Counted from the first letter of the stretch, positions 19,714 through 31,527 are shown. The stretch: DNA of 64,000 nt from Desulfatiglandales bacterium (GCA_963662465.1 OY759599.1:2752001-2816000), one strand, 5' to 3'. Notes: generated by a model not told the origin, from the letters alone. Numbers and translations: made by a program.

Positions 19714-19890
19714 ATGAAGGCATTCGGCATTATACTCACGGGATTCGGAGTGATCCTCTCGTTTTTCACTTTTCTTTTTTACACCCTTGAGGATTACACG
19801 CCCTATGCCGATCCTGTTCCCCTGTGGCCCATATTCCTGGGCGTGGCAATGGGCCTTATCGGGCTTGTCTGTTTGAAAAAGACACCTTAA
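19714..19890 (+). CDS. 58-aa two-helix small membrane protein
   Basis: Below the ORF track cutoff. GAGGGA RBS, then MKAFGIILTGFGVILSFFTFLFYTLEDYTPYADPVPLWPIFLGVAMGLIGLVCLKKTP*; fills the intergenic gap. Confidence 0.6.
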   Translation: MKAFGIILTGFGVILSFFTFLFYTLEDYTPYADPVPLWPIFLGVAMGLIGLVCLKKTP

Positions 19891-19902
19891 AACCAAACTA
19901 TT

Positions 19903-21600
19903 TTACATCTTCCGACGCCGTAAGATGGAAATCAGAAGGGAAAATCCGATAACCCCCGCAAGAACAAACCCCGCCAGCCCAATCAGTGGAATATCATGCC
20001 ATCTGGGCGGAATGCCCGATAACACCACCAGGGATGAACCCACGATCAAGGCGGCCAGGACAATGGCAAACACCAATCTGTTACTGGTCCGGTTGTGGGT
20101 GTTGAGCAGGGGCTCCAGACCGGAATGCCCGAATTCAATTTTAATTTTTCCTTCCCTGGCCTGTTTGAGAATAGCCCGCACTTCACCGGGGATTTCCCGA
20201 CCCAGCTGAATCAGTTCCGTACCGATCTCAAGCATGTCCCCGGCAATCCGCCTGGGATCCATGCGGTCCTGTTGAATCTTCCGAACAAAAGGCGCCGCCT
20301 GCTCCAGGATGTCAAAGGCCGGATCCAGCATCTTGGCGATGCCCTCGATGGTGCCCAGGGATTTCATCATCAGGTAAAGATCGGGTTTGATGGTAAGCCC
20401 ATGGGAGGAAACCGTCTCAATGAGCTTCTGGAACAATTTACCCATCTCCAGTTTTTTTCGATGCCCATAAACCTGCTGCTCCAGAAGATCCATGAGATCT
20501 CGTTCCAGCTTTTCCCGGTCCGGTTCCGCATCATAGAGAGAGAGCCTCAATACGGACTCGGTAATTTTTCTCTCGTTTTTACCCGCAAGGTTGGTGACAA
20601 AATCCGTAAAATCCTCCCGTTCATCCTGACGGATACGGCCCATCATGCCAAAATCCAGGAAACAAATCACATGGTTCGGCAATATGAAAATGTTTCCCGG
20701 ATGCGGGTCCGCATGAAAAAACCCGTGAACAAAGATCTGTTTCATGATCAGATCGGCGCCGTTTACGGCAATTGTATGCAGATCGCAACCTTTTTGCTTG
20801 AGCCTATCCGTGTCCGAAACCTTGATGCCGTCAATGTACTCGATGGTCAGAACACGGGATGAATTTAATGCCTTAAACACTTTAGGCACATACACCGTAT
20901 GTTCCCCCATGAACTGCCGTGAAAAACGTTCCGTGTGATAGGCCTCGATGGTATAGTCGATTTCCTTCTCCAGACTTCGGGCAAATTCTTCCACGATCCG
21001 CGTAGGACGCTGGACCACCATCTCTTCCACGTGTCGTTCCATAAGAGAGGCCAGATGAAGCAGGATTTCCAAATCAACCTCTATGGTTTTCCGGATACCC
21101 GGTCGTTGAACCTTTACCACCACCTCTTCCCCATCCGCCAAGCGCGCCCGGTGTACCTGACCGATGGACGCGGCCGCCAGCGGCTCGGATTCAAAATGAG
21201 CAAACAGTTCCTCCGGCGAACGTCCCAGTTCTTCGGTGATGATGGTTTTAACCGCCTCATGGGAAAAGGCCGGCACATTATCCTGCAACCTGCTAAATTC
21301 ACGGGAATACTCAAGGGGAATCAAATCGGGCCGGGTCGAAAGGATTTGCCCCAGTTTAATAAACGTCGGCCCCAGTTCTTCCACGGCCATTCGAACCCGT
21401 TCAGCTCTGGATAGTTTTTCAATCTGATCGCGTCTTTTTTTTGAAATCATCTGCAATCCAACTTCAATATATTGTTCAATTTTGAGCGTTTCAACAATAT
21501 CGCCAAACCCATACTTAAATAAAACACTCAAAATTTCCCGATACCGGTTGAGGTGTCGATAGGTACGGCCCACGATGCCTATTTTGCGGATGCTCAACAT
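19903..21600 (-). CDS. AarF/UbiB (ABC1) atypical kinase family protein
   Basis: LGPTFIKLGQILSTRPD, AAASIGQVH, VKVQRP, FFHADPHPGN, LDFGMMG; AGGAG RBS before ATG 21600. Confidence 0.93.
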   Translation of the reverse strand: MLSIRKIGIVGRTYRHLNRYREILSVLFKYGFGDIVETLKIEQYIEVGLQMISKKRRDQIEKLSRAERVRMAVEELGPTFIKLGQILSTRPDLIPLEYSREFSRLQDNVPAFSHEAVKTIITEELGRSPEELFAHFESEPLAAASIGQVHRARLADGEEVVVKVQRPGIRKTIEVDLEILLHLASLMERHVEEMVVQRPTRIVEEFARSLEKEIDYTIEAYHTERFSRQFMGEHTVYVPKVFKALNSSRVLTIEYIDGIKVSDTDRLKQKGCDLHTIAVNGADLIMKQIFVHGFFHADPHPGNIFILPNHVICFLDFGMMGRIRQDEREDFTDFVTNLAGKNERKITESVLRLSLYDAEPDREKLERDLMDLLEQQVYGHRKKLEMGKLFQKLIETVSSHGLTIKPDLYLMMKSLGTIEGIAKMLDPAFDILEQAAPFVRKIQQDRMDPRRIAGDMLEIGTELIQLGREIPGEVRAILKQAREGKIKIEFGHSGLEPLLNTHNRTSNRLVFAIVLAALIVGSSLVVLSGIPPRWHDIPLIGLAGFVLAGVIGFSLLISILRRRKM

Positions 21601-21756
21601 GCTGATTCTCCTTTCAATGAGGGCTTTTTCCGTAACCCCGCCAGCAAAGGCATATTGCCGGTCAAAGCGAAGGTCTGTCAATTAAAAGATGATTTTTTGA
21701 AACATTTTCTGATATAGTTACTAGTTTTGAACATTTAAAAAATCCAAGGAGAAACC

Positions 21757-22866
21757 ATGAACAAAACCATTGCAGTTCTGGAAGGCGATGGCATCGGCCC
21801 TGAAATCGTCCATGAAGCCCTCAAAGTCCTTACCGCCATTGAAAAAAAATACGGTCATACCTTTGATCTTAAGCCCGCCCCCTTTGGCGCGGCAGCCTAT
21901 TTCACGGAAGGTTCGCCCTTTCCGGATAAAACAAAACAAATCTGCGACGAAGCCGACGTTATCATCAAAGGCCCCGTCGGGCTCGCGGTTGAGCAAATGG
22001 ACGAAATTCCCCAGGAATTCCGCCCGGAAGTGGGCGCCATCCTGCCCCTCAGAAAGCGGTATGACACCTTTGCCAATTTCAGGCCCGTACGACTTCCCAT
22101 CAGCCTAAAATCCTTTTCCCCATTGAAGGAGGAGGTTATCGGCCAAGGGATTGATATTCTGATGATTCGCGAACTGGTGGGCGGCATCTATTTCGGCGAA
22201 AAAGTTGAAGGCGAGTCCACCCATATGACCTATGCCCGGGATGATTGCACCTATACCGAAGCGCAGGTGCGGCGCGTGGCCATTATGGCCTTTGAAGAAG
22301 CCAGAAAACAAAAAACAAAACTAACCGACATTCATAAGGCCAACGTCCTGGCCACATCCCGTTTCTGGCGGAAAATTGTGGCGGATGTGGCCAAAGACTA
22401 TCCCGATGTGCCCTTAAAGTCCACCCTGGTGGATAATGCCGCATTTCAACTGGTGGTCAACCCGACCCAGTTTAACGGGGTAATGCTCCTTGAGAATATG
22501 CAGGGAGACATCCTCACGGATCAGGCCGGGGGAATTATCGGCTCCTTGGGGCTGATGCCATCCGCCTGTATCGGACCGGAAAAAAGCTACGTGGAACCGG
22601 CCCATGGGTCAGCACCGGATATTGCCGGAAAAAACATGGCCAATCCCTACTCCATGATCGGCAGCATTGCCCTGCTTTTGGAAAAATGTCTGGGGCTCCC
22701 CAACGAAGCACTGGATGTCTGGAACGCCATTTTCGGAGTCTTCGAGGAGGGATTCATTACCCGGGACCTCATGGGATACCAACATACCAAAAAAAACATT
22801 CTCACCACTTCGGAATTCGGGGACAGGGTGGTTCAAAAAATTCTGGCAGAGGAAACAGCGCAATGA
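21757..22866 (+). CDS. leuB: 3-isopropylmalate dehydrogenase
   Basis: EGDGIGPE, IRELVGGIYFG, KANVL, EPAHGSAPDIAGK. Confidence 0.85.
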   Translation: MNKTIAVLEGDGIGPEIVHEALKVLTAIEKKYGHTFDLKPAPFGAAAYFTEGSPFPDKTKQICDEADVIIKGPVGLAVEQMDEIPQEFRPEVGAILPLRKRYDTFANFRPVRLPISLKSFSPLKEEVIGQGIDILMIRELVGGIYFGEKVEGESTHMTYARDDCTYTEAQVRRVAIMAFEEARKQKTKLTDIHKANVLATSRFWRKIVADVAKDYPDVPLKSTLVDNAAFQLVVNPTQFNGVMLLENMQGDILTDQAGGIIGSLGLMPSACIGPEKSYVEPAHGSAPDIAGKNMANPYSMIGSIALLLEKCLGLPNEALDVWNAIFGVFEEGFITRDLMGYQHTKKNILTTSEFGDRVVQKILAEETAQ

Positions 22867-23756
22867 TCATCGATGATATTTTACAACTGGTGGGCAACAC
22901 CCCGCTGATTCACTTGAAAAATGAACCCATTTTTGCCAAGGCTGAGTTTCTGAATCCGGGCGGCAGCATCAAGGACCGGGTGGCCATGGCCATGATTGAA
23001 GGGGCTGAGAAAACCGGACGTCTTACACCCGATTCCATTATCACGGAGCCTACCTCCGGCAATACGGGCATCGGCATTGCGCTAGTGGGAAAGCTCAAAG
23101 GATACCGGGTACGGATTGTCATGCCGGAAAACATGAGTGAAGAGCGAAAAAAACTGATTCGTTCCCTGGGAGCGGAGCTGGTACTCACCCCAAAGGAAAA
23201 AAATATTGCGGGCGCCGTGGAACGGGTGCGGCAGATGGCGGAAATAGAAATAGAAAAAAATGTGGTGGTCCTCCAACAGTTTGAAAATCCGGACAACCCC
23301 CGGGTTCATTATGAAGAAACCGCCCGCGAACTTTGGGAGCAGCTGGATGGGAATATCGACTGCTTTGTGGCGGGGGTGGGGAGCGGCGGCACCCTTCAGG
23401 GCATCGGCAAATTCCTGAAAGAACACCGGCCCGGCGTTAAAATCGTGGCGGTGGAGCCCAAAAACGTTTCGGCCCTGCTGGGCCATGAGCCCGGGCTCCA
23501 CCAGATTCAGGGAATCGGCGACGGGTTCATTCCCGATGTGTTGGACAAATCCCTGGTGGATGAGGTAATCGAAGTCTCCGATGAGGACGCCATCGACACC
23601 ACGCGCCAACTGGGCAGGGAATTGGGACTTCTGGTGGGCATCTCCTCGGGAGCCAATGTGTGGGGGGCCAGGGAAATGGTCCTGAAAATTTCCGGCAACA
23701 TCGCAACGGTCCTGCCGGACCGCTCCGAGCGCTATTTCAGTACGGCGCTCATGTAA
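22863..23756 (+). CDS. cysK: Cysteine synthase (O-acetylserine sulfhydrylase)
   Basis: VGNTPL, KAEFLNPGGSIKDR, PTSGNTGIG, HQIQGIG; ATGA overlap with the leuB stop. Confidence 0.92.
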   Translation: MIIDDILQLVGNTPLIHLKNEPIFAKAEFLNPGGSIKDRVAMAMIEGAEKTGRLTPDSIITEPTSGNTGIGIALVGKLKGYRVRIVMPENMSEERKKLIRSLGAELVLTPKEKNIAGAVERVRQMAEIEIEKNVVVLQQFENPDNPRVHYEETARELWEQLDGNIDCFVAGVGSGGTLQGIGKFLKEHRPGVKIVAVEPKNVSALLGHEPGLHQIQGIGDGFIPDVLDKSLVDEVIEVSDEDAIDTTRQLGRELGLLVGISSGANVWGAREMVLKISGNIATVLPDRSERYFSTALM

Positions 23757-23779
23757 ACCCTTGAACAGCTGAACATCGA

Positions 23780-24241
23780 ATGAAAAATACAACCTCTTGT
23801 CAGTCGAAGAGCCCTGAGATTCTGAAGGCCCTTTCCATTCGTCAACCGTGGGCAACGCTGGTAATGCAAGGCGCCAAAACCATGGAAATCCGGTCATGGA
23901 GACCCGCAAATATGGTATTTCCCGAAACGTTGCTGATCCACGCGGGTAAAAAACCTGATTTGGATGCCATCAGGCGGTTCGAATTCCCGCACAACCTGCC
24001 CGGAGGCATCATTCTGGGGCAGGTCGTGATGACCGACATTACCCCATATGAAAATAAAGATCAATGGATGGAAGATATCCCCATCCACTTGAACCGGCCG
24101 GAAGCGTACCAACAGGGGCTCTACGGTTTTCGGTTCTCACACCCCCGCCAATACCCATCGCCCATTCCCTTTAAAGGGCGTTTGGGATTTTTCAAGGTCC
24201 CTGCCTTGACCATTCAATTTCCCGGATGCCGTGGCTATTGA
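23780..24241 (+). CDS. ASCH domain protein
   Basis: ALSIRQPWA...GAKTMEIRSW...LLIHAG...KGRLGFF. Confidence 0.88.
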   Translation: MKNTTSCQSKSPEILKALSIRQPWATLVMQGAKTMEIRSWRPANMVFPETLLIHAGKKPDLDAIRRFEFPHNLPGGIILGQVVMTDITPYENKDQWMEDIPIHLNRPEAYQQGLYGFRFSHPRQYPSPIPFKGRLGFFKVPALTIQFPGCRGY

Positions 24242-26622
24242 ACATCCATATCAAATTGCGAAAAAGACTTTAGTTTGGCCGCGGTGGGTTTGGGAGAATA
24301 TGTTGCGGGTTCCGTTCCCTCTTTAAAAGCCTGAAACACCACTTTTTTCGAATGTCGTCCGGCCAAAAGACCGGTTTCCCCGTCTATCTTCGCAAAAACG
24401 ACCCCTTTGGGGATCTGGAAATCTTTTACCGGCTTTTCAGCCAGGACCCCCTGCATAAAATCCAGCCAGATGGGACTGGCGGCCCTGGAACCGGTTTCTC
24501 CCTTGCCCATCTCCCTTGAGTCGTCGTACCCCACCCAGACGCCGGTCACCAAATCGGGCGTATATCCCATGAACCAGGCATCCCGAAGATCGTTGGTCGT
24601 GCCCGTCTTTCCCGCGGCGGGCCGTTTCAATGCCCTGACGCGCCAGCCCGTCCCTTCGGTCACAACGGCCTTTAGCAAATCCGTCATCACAAACGCCGTT
24701 TCCTTTGAAAGAACCGGCGTCGTTTCAGGCTGATTCTCTTCAATGACCTGACCGCCCCGGTCCAAAATCCGTTTCACGAAGAAGGGTTTCACCAGCATCC
24801 CGCCATTGGCAAAAACAGCGTACGCCCGGGTCAATTCCATCAGAGACACACCGGATGAACCCAGGGCCAGTGAAAGATCCGGGGTCAAATCAGATTCGAT
24901 TCCCATATTCCGGGCATACGAAATAGCATAATTAACACCGATTTTATTCAGGATCTTGACGGTAATCACATTTCTGGATTTAGCCAGACCCGTCCTGATC
25001 AATGTGGGGCCATAGAACTTTTTCTTATAATTTTTGGGTTTCCAAACTTCCCCATCGGCATTGGGAGTGGACACATAAGGAGAATCCATAATAATACTCA
25101 CCGGACTCATCCCCTGATCCAGGGCCGCGGAATAAATCAAGGGTTTGAAAGCGGATCCGGGTTGACGTCTGGACTGGATGGCCCGGTTAAACTGGCTGTC
25201 ATCAAAACTACGTCCCCCCAGCATGGCTTTCACCTCGCCCGTCTCAGGGTTCAGGCAAACAAGCGCCCCCTGGGCCATCGGGGTCTGTTCCAACGCAACC
25301 TCCCAGGTAAAATTTTCACCATCGCCATATCTTTTAAGAACCCGCACCAAAACAACATCTCCGGATTTCAACACCGAAGAAGGTTTTTTGACCCGAGCGG
25401 CGTAGTATGGCGCCTTTTTATCGGGCTTCCTTGCCCATTTCATCTCCTTTAGTGGAAGACAAGCCATCTCTTTTCCCAGTCGAATGGAAACCCGGCTCTT
25501 TTCATCATCCACTTTCGTAACCAATCCCTGTACCACGGAATCGACGTTCATTACCGTTTTCTTCACCGCCGAACCCACTTTGGGAGGCGACATCGAGAAG
25601 GCGTGCGCCGCACGCACTTCATAATCTCGAATTTCTTCCGCCGAAAGGTGGCGTATGGGACCGCGATATCCTTCACGTTTGTCCAGATCCGTCAACCCCT
25701 TACCGAGGGCTTCCCTTCCGATAACCTGCATTTTGAGATCCAGCGTTGTGTAAACATCGAGACCCCCTCGATACAGGAGGTCTTTTCCATATTTTTCCAA
25801 CAGATAACGTCGCACATGCTCTGAGAAGTAGGGGGCGCGTTCAAAGGTGTTGACGCCCTTCATACGAATATCAAGCTCAGTTTCTAACGCCAGGGTCCGC
25901 GATGCCTCATCTATGAATCCTTCTTCAAGCATCCTTGAAAGAACGTATTTCTGCCGGGCCTTGGCCCGATCAAAATGGGAAACCGGTGAATACCTGGCCG
26001 GCGCCTGGGGCAAACCCGCCAGGAGGGCAGCCTCCGCCAGCGTCAGGTCTTTTGCGGGTTTTCCAAAATAGGTTTGGGTTGCGGCCTCCACGCCATATGC
26101 GCCCTGCCCCAGATAAATCTGGTTGAGATAGAGAAACAGAATATGTTCCTTGGAAAAAGTTTTTTCAAGCTGAATGGATAAAATAGCTTCCCGGACCTTG
26201 CGCCGATAGGTCTTTTTGACGTTCTTCAGAATTAGAGATTTGGTGACCTGCTGGGTAATGGTACTCCCCCCCTGTTCAACCTTCCCAGCTGACAGGTTCT
26301 TCAAAAAAGCCCGAACAATGCCTTGAATATCCACGCCCTGGTGTTCAAAAAAGCGAGAATCTTCCGCCGCCACAAAGGCATTGATCAAGTGGTCGGGAAG
26401 CGCCGAAAGGGGAACCACAGTCCGTTTTTCCTCCCAGAGTCTTCCAATAACTTCGCCGTCATCACTGTAGATTCTTGTGATCACTGGAGGCCTGTAATCC
26501 TTTACGGACCCCACATAGGGAAGGTTGCTGGACCAGAGATACCAGAAATAGGCGCCGACACTGAGGCCAATGACCGCAACGATGGAAAAAAGCCACAGAA
26601 AAATCTTAAAGAACAGTTTCAT
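24235..26622 (-). CDS. mrcA: Penicillin-binding protein 1A
   Basis: EDSRFFEHQG, GGSTITQQ, RKVRE, PGSAFK, SRN, KTGT. Confidence 0.95.
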   Translation of the reverse strand: MKLFFKIFLWLFSIVAVIGLSVGAYFWYLWSSNLPYVGSVKDYRPPVITRIYSDDGEVIGRLWEEKRTVVPLSALPDHLINAFVAAEDSRFFEHQGVDIQGIVRAFLKNLSAGKVEQGGSTITQQVTKSLILKNVKKTYRRKVREAILSIQLEKTFSKEHILFLYLNQIYLGQGAYGVEAATQTYFGKPAKDLTLAEAALLAGLPQAPARYSPVSHFDRAKARQKYVLSRMLEEGFIDEASRTLALETELDIRMKGVNTFERAPYFSEHVRRYLLEKYGKDLLYRGGLDVYTTLDLKMQVIGREALGKGLTDLDKREGYRGPIRHLSAEEIRDYEVRAAHAFSMSPPKVGSAVKKTVMNVDSVVQGLVTKVDDEKSRVSIRLGKEMACLPLKEMKWARKPDKKAPYYAARVKKPSSVLKSGDVVLVRVLKRYGDGENFTWEVALEQTPMAQGALVCLNPETGEVKAMLGGRSFDDSQFNRAIQSRRQPGSAFKPLIYSAALDQGMSPVSIIMDSPYVSTPNADGEVWKPKNYKKKFYGPTLIRTGLAKSRNVITVKILNKIGVNYAISYARNMGIESDLTPDLSLALGSSGVSLMELTRAYAVFANGGMLVKPFFVKRILDRGGQVIEENQPETTPVLSKETAFVMTDLLKAVVTEGTGWRVRALKRPAAGKTGTTNDLRDAWFMGYTPDLVTGVWVGYDDSREMGKGETGSRAASPIWLDFMQGVLAEKPVKDFQIPKGVVFAKIDGETGLLAGRHSKKVVFQAFKEGTEPATYSPKPTAAKLKSFSQFDMDVQ

Positions 26623-26785
26623 AGGAGAATTCTCTCATCACGCTCTGAGCGCAGACATTAGGATTTAAAGGGTGCGGGGCCGTACAAGGCAAAGACCCGG
26701 TTACATGGAAGTTATACTATAACCGGGCTTTAAGTCAACTGATGGGAGTGAATCGAAGAATAAATGAGGATATGGATCAGATGCG

Positions 26786-27397
26786 CTATGGGTTCGCCGC
26801 CGTGGGGGAAGATTGGGGATTATTTTGTCCACTGGGACCCAGATCCTCAATCTCGATTCCCTGGATGTCATCCCAGGACAAAAACCCCATCTTTCGTTTC
26901 ACGGAGGGCATCTCGAAATCATCAAAATCATATTCCGTGTCCACATCACAGCCATGTCCCGGCACATAGAACCTTTGTCCTGAATCCTTCCGGCTGGACA
27001 ATTTTTTTTCAATTTCACGCTGGCAATCGATGCATCGCGTCACCCCCGGCATTGCCACAAGCCGCTTATAACCGATTTCCTCGCCGCAATCTTCACAAAA
27101 ACCGAAATCCTCATTTTCATGGATGTGCATCACCAGCTGTTCAAGTTTTTCCAATTCCTGAGTTCTTCGATCCATCAAACTGTAATAGGTTTGAACGGAA
27201 ATCTCCTTTCCAGCGCGATCCCCATCCTCAGCGGAATTATCGCCGAAAAGAGCGTCTTTGTTATCCTCGTGATTGCGTCTCATCTCATTTAATGTGTTTT
27301 CAACCATGGTTTTTTTCGCCATCAGCGTTTCTAAAATCATTAAGCGAGAATCTTTATCCTCCGACATTCCGCATAAATCCATATTCAGCATCTTCAA
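26786..27397 (-). CDS. TraR/DksA C4-type zinc finger protein with acidic C-terminal extension
   Basis: Coiled coil with EDGDRA, FGFCEDCGEEIGYKRL...RCIDCQ. Confidence 0.85.
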   Translation of the reverse strand: MKMLNMDLCGMSEDKDSRLMILETLMAKKTMVENTLNEMRRNHEDNKDALFGDNSAEDGDRAGKEISVQTYYSLMDRRTQELEKLEQLVMHIHENEDFGFCEDCGEEIGYKRLVAMPGVTRCIDCQREIEKKLSSRKDSGQRFYVPGHGCDVDTEYDFDDFEMPSVKRKMGFLSWDDIQGIEIEDLGPSGQNNPQSSPTAANP

Positions 27398-27517
27398 CTC
27401 CCATTTCTAGAATTCTTATTTTCAGGACTGCGAACAAATTGAGTTGCATGAAAACATTGATGAAGCGGAGCAATTCTAGCCAGGAATTCAGATTTGTCAA
27501 TCAGATATTGTCATTTT

Positions 27518-28030
27518 TCAGGTCTTGATGCTTTTTGGCGGAGTTTCTTTTGAGAAGAAAAGGCTGAACCCCACCATAACAGCGCCCACGGTAATGGCGG
27601 CGTCCGCCACATTGAAGGCGGGCCAATGATAGCTCCCCACATAAAGATCAAGGAAATCAATCACCTCATGAAGTCTCAACCGGTCAATCAGGTTACCCAG
27701 GGCCCCGCCGAGGATCAGCGAAAGGCCCAGGGTAATCCAATTGCTTTCATCCTTCATGGTATGGAACCAAAACAGCAGCAAAACAATGGCGAGAATTGTT
27801 GCCGTTACCAGTATCCAGAAACCGAAATTCATATCCGGTCGATTCAAGAATCCAAAAGCCATGCCCCGATTTCTCACATGAACCATATTGAAAAAGCCCT
27901 TGATAACCGGTACGCTGTCGTAGACCTTGAGACTCTTGAGTACCGCTATTTTCGAAGCCTGATCCAGACCGACAACGAAAAGCGCGGGCCAGATCATCAG
28001 CGGGTAATTATGTCCAGAACGTCTCGGCAT
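27518..28030 (-). CDS. lspA: Lipoprotein signal peptidase II (start uncertain; overlaps ileS end)
   Basis: [33 protein letters not shown]. Confidence 0.95.
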   Translation of the reverse strand: MPRRSGHNYPLMIWPALFVVGLDQASKIAVLKSLKVYDSVPVIKGFFNMVHVRNRGMAFGFLNRPDMNFGFWILVTATILAIVLLLFWFHTMKDESNWITLGLSLILGGALGNLIDRLRLHEVIDFLDLYVGSYHWPAFNVADAAITVGAVMVGFSLFFSKETPPKSIKT

Positions 28031-30795
28031 CGCTTGCAAATTGTTGGATTTTCATTGTCGTCGCCTACGGTGTTATCGTGCATCCAGCAACGTTCGCATT
28101 TAGGATCGGTGGAAGGCGCCACAACCACCTTAAGCCCAGGAAGCGTTTCGCTTTCAATACCCCCTTCAACCTGCGCCATATCAAGGAGTTTCACAGACGA
28201 AACGATAAAAATGGACCGTAGCGCATCGGCGTAGGGGTTCAATTTCACCTTGAGTTCAGGTGAAACCCCCAACGTCACCGCCGCATCCAGAGGATGCCCG
28301 ATGATCTTCTCTTTCCTGGCAAGCTCCAGGGTCTTGGTCGCCTCTTTTCGCACGGAGAGGATATCGTCCCAACGCTTCGCCAATTCGGGATTCAGGTATT
28401 CCTTTTTTACGGGGATAAAGAGATCCGCATGAACGCTCGACAAACGATTTTCGCCACCCATGTATTGCCAGATTTCATCGGCGGTAAAGGAAAGGACCGG
28501 CGCCATGAGCCGCACCAGGGTTTCCAGAACCTCATTCATGGCAAACTGCGCCGATCGCCTTAAAGTGGACGTCTGGGGGGACGTATAAAGTCGATCCTTG
28601 ATGATATCGAGGTAAAATGCAGAGAGGTCCAGGGCACAGAAATTATGAAGATGGTGATAGACCAGATGAAAATCGAATTTCTCATAGGCGCTCGTGATTC
28701 GTTTGGTCAATCCCTGAAGCTGATGAAGCGCCCACTGGTCCAACTCTTCCATTTGTTCATAGGGAACGGCATCGGTTTGGGGGTTGAAATCATGGAGATT
28801 TCCCAGGAGATACCGGCAGGTATTTCGAATGCGGCGATAGGCATCAGTCAATCGCTGCAGGATTTCCTTGCTGAGCTTGATATTGTCGCGATAATCTTCT
28901 CCCGCCACCCAGAGCCTGATAATTTCCGCCCCATGGCTCTTGATCAAAGACTCGGGCGGAATCACATTGCCGGCGGATTTGTGCATGGCTTTTCCCTTTC
29001 CATCCACCACAAACCCATGGGTCAACACATTCCGATAAGGCGCCTGGTTTCGCGTCCCCACTGAACACAACAATGAACTGTGAAACCACCCCCGGTGCTG
29101 ATCGCTCCCTTCCAGGTAAAGATCCGCGGGACTGTCCAGGTAGGGACGATTTTCCATGACCGCCGCATAACTCACGCCGGAATCAAACCACACATCCAGA
29201 ATGTCCGTTTCCTTTTCGAAATCATCAGCGCCGCATGCCGGGCACGTCGTATTTTCCGGAAGCAATTCCTTTTCAGAAGCCGTGAACCAGATATCCGCGC
29301 CCGATGTTTCCACCATTGCCGCCACATGGTCGATAATTTCCTGAGAAATCACCACCTCTCCACATTTTTTACAGAAGAATACGGTGATAGGAACGCCCCA
29401 AGACCGCTGCCGGGAAATACACCAGTCCGGCCGGTTGGCGATCATGCTATGGATTCGGTCGCGGCCCCAGGAGGGAAACCAATTGACTTCGTTAATGGCT
29501 TTCAGGGCCTCATCCCTCAAACCCGTCTTGTCCATGGAAATGAACCACTGCTCCGTGGAACGGAAAATCACCGGTTTTTTGCATCGCCAGCAGTGAGGAT
29601 ATTCATGGGTGATTTTCTGTTCTTTCACCAGTGCCCCAAGCGCTGTCAGCTTGTCAATGACGGAGCGGTTGGCTTCAAACACCTCCATCCCTGAAAAGTA
29701 TTCCACATCCAGGGTAAACCGACCGGCGTCATCCACCGGCGAGTATACCTCAAGCCCGTATTTGAGTCCGGTTTCGTAGTCCTCACGGCCATGCCCTGGG
29801 GCAGTATGTACGCAGCCTGTCCCGCTCTCCAGGGTCACATAGGGGGCCAGAACAATCAAGGACGAGCGGTCGACAATGGGATGTTTGGCTTCCAGGTTTT
29901 CCAGTTCACGGGCATCAAATACCTTCAGAATTTCATAGGACTCAATACCGAAGGTTGCCATACATTTTTCCAGAAGACCTTCGGCCAGGATCATGACTTC
30001 GTTTTCAGCGGTTTCAACCGCCGCATAGGGCAAATCGGGATGAAGGGCAATGGCCAGATTGGCGGGAAGGGTCCAGGGGGTGGTGGTCCAGATCACCACC
30101 GAAACCTGTTTCCCTTCAAAAACCGGATCCAATGCCGTCAGATCGGAAATCATGGGAAATTTGACAAAGATGGAGGGGGATGTGTGCTGCTCGTATTCCA
30201 CTTCAGCTTCAGCCAAGGCTGTTTTGCACGATGCACACCAATAGATGGGTTTTTTGCTCCTGACCAGGCTGCCGTTTAAGGCAAACTTTCCAAACTCCCT
30301 GACGATGGTGGCCTCATAGGGGTAATTCATGGTGAGATAGGGTTGATCCCATTCTCCAAGAACTCCCAGGCGCTTAAACTCTTTGCGCTGAATATCGACA
30401 TATTTTTCCGCATACCGGCGGCAGTACCCTCTCACTTCCGCCTGGGTCATTTCCCGCTTTTTCTTGCCCAGCTCACTATCCACCTTATGTTCGATAGGCA
30501 AACCATGGCAATCCCAGCCCGGAACATAGGGAACATCGAAACCGGCCATCTGTTTGCTCTTGATAATAATGTCTTTCAATATTTTGTTAAAGGCGGTGCC
30601 CATATGGATATTGCCGTTCGCATAAGGCGGGCCGTCATGAAGCATGTATCGAGGTCTGCCCTTTGAAAGTTCCCGGATCGTTTCGTAGAGCCCTTCTTCT
30701 TCCCACCGCAGAAGGGTCTCAGGCTCTTTTTTGACCAAATTCCCCTTCATGGGAAATTTGGTTTTGGGCAGGTTGAGTGTTTCCTTATAGTTCAT
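27997..30795 (-). CDS. ileS: Isoleucyl-tRNA synthetase (IleRS1)
   Basis: [26 protein letters not shown] (KMSKS variant), C-terminal CERC...CKRC. Confidence 0.98.
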   Translation of the reverse strand: MNYKETLNLPKTKFPMKGNLVKKEPETLLRWEEEGLYETIRELSKGRPRYMLHDGPPYANGNIHMGTAFNKILKDIIIKSKQMAGFDVPYVPGWDCHGLPIEHKVDSELGKKKREMTQAEVRGYCRRYAEKYVDIQRKEFKRLGVLGEWDQPYLTMNYPYEATIVREFGKFALNGSLVRSKKPIYWCASCKTALAEAEVEYEQHTSPSIFVKFPMISDLTALDPVFEGKQVSVVIWTTTPWTLPANLAIALHPDLPYAAVETAENEVMILAEGLLEKCMATFGIESYEILKVFDARELENLEAKHPIVDRSSLIVLAPYVTLESGTGCVHTAPGHGREDYETGLKYGLEVYSPVDDAGRFTLDVEYFSGMEVFEANRSVIDKLTALGALVKEQKITHEYPHCWRCKKPVIFRSTEQWFISMDKTGLRDEALKAINEVNWFPSWGRDRIHSMIANRPDWCISRQRSWGVPITVFFCKKCGEVVISQEIIDHVAAMVETSGADIWFTASEKELLPENTTCPACGADDFEKETDILDVWFDSGVSYAAVMENRPYLDSPADLYLEGSDQHRGWFHSSLLCSVGTRNQAPYRNVLTHGFVVDGKGKAMHKSAGNVIPPESLIKSHGAEIIRLWVAGEDYRDNIKLSKEILQRLTDAYRRIRNTCRYLLGNLHDFNPQTDAVPYEQMEELDQWALHQLQGLTKRITSAYEKFDFHLVYHHLHNFCALDLSAFYLDIIKDRLYTSPQTSTLRRSAQFAMNEVLETLVRLMAPVLSFTADEIWQYMGGENRLSSVHADLFIPVKKEYLNPELAKRWDDILSVRKEATKTLELARKEKIIGHPLDAAVTLGVSPELKVKLNPYADALRSIFIVSSVKLLDMAQVEGGIESETLPGLKVVVAPSTDPKCERCWMHDNTVGDDNENPTICKRCRDVLDIITR

Positions 30796-30850
30796 ATTAA
30801 TTAGGCCTCCAGGTTCAAAAATGAATGATTCAAGGATCTGATGCGGGATT

Positions 30851-31183
30851 TCAAGTGCTCACTTCCAGTTGTTCCAGCATTTTTTCCGCAAAATGAATGA
30901 TGTAATCCCTTTGCTGGTCCGTACAATAAGCGGTGCAGTCGCATTTCATTGTTTCCAGTGAGCGTACCAGAAATTCCAGTTTGACCCAGTCCGAACCCAC
31001 CTCCACCGCAAAGGCGTGGGGTTGACAAGCGGTGTGCCGGAACTGGAGGGGACTCAACAGATCTTCGGGAAACTGCACCCAGAAAAGCTGCTCCATCGCG
31101 GAACGAGAAGTGTTATTCTTCAGAAATTGGGAGATTTTCGCTATGTCTTCCGAGGTAATTTCATCCAGTAAATAGGCTTTCAT
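30851..31183 (-). CDS. Hypothetical protein
   Basis: MKAYLLDEI...; ATGA-coupled to the upstream gene; co-oriented with ileS. Confidence 0.7.
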   Translation of the reverse strand: MKAYLLDEITSEDIAKISQFLKNNTSRSAMEQLFWVQFPEDLLSPLQFRHTACQPHAFAVEVGSDWVKLEFLVRSLETMKCDCTAYCTDQQRDYIIHFAEKMLEQLEVST

Positions 31184-31527
31184 GGTGTAACGTCTCCGGC
31201 TTCGTGCTGATCCATTTTTCGTCCCCCCATATACGCATCCGCCACCGCATAAATCCAGAGAACGGCAAAAGCGACCCCCAGGCACCAGAGCAGGGTATAA
31301 TCCTGGGCGCTAATCCTTGCCATCAGCGCTTCAGGGTCGGACACATCGATCTGTCCCGACCTGAAAACGGCATTGATGACCTGCAAAAGGCGGATAATCC
31401 CCGCCACAAAGAGCGCGAACACAGCGCAAAGAAGGATAATCCCCTTTTTCAACTCCTGATTGATAATCTGCCCGAGCCCGGGGATAACCAGACCGGAACA
31501 AAGAGGACTCATGATGGCTTTTTGCAT
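31180..31527 (-). CDS. Small membrane protein (PGLGQ motif)
   Basis: LCSGLVIPGLGQI...WIYAVADAY; three hydrophobic segments; start 31527 or 31542. Confidence 0.75.
   Translation of the reverse strand: MQKAIMSPLCSGLVIPGLGQIINQELKKGIILLCAVFALFVAGIIRLLQVINAVFRSGQIDVSDPEALMARISAQDYTLLWCLGVAFAVLWIYAVADAYMGGRKMDQHEAGDVTP

Noticed and set aside
19576..19896. 106-aa minus-strand ORF
   Set aside because: Antisense to a more convincing 58-aa membrane ORF that has an RBS.
22686..22862. N-terminal extensions of cysK (similarly hisD, EndoQ, DHH, RAYT, UbiB) in the ORF track
   Set aside because: They overlap upstream genes or REPs; downstream ATGs with RBS or stop-start coupling fit family N-termini better.
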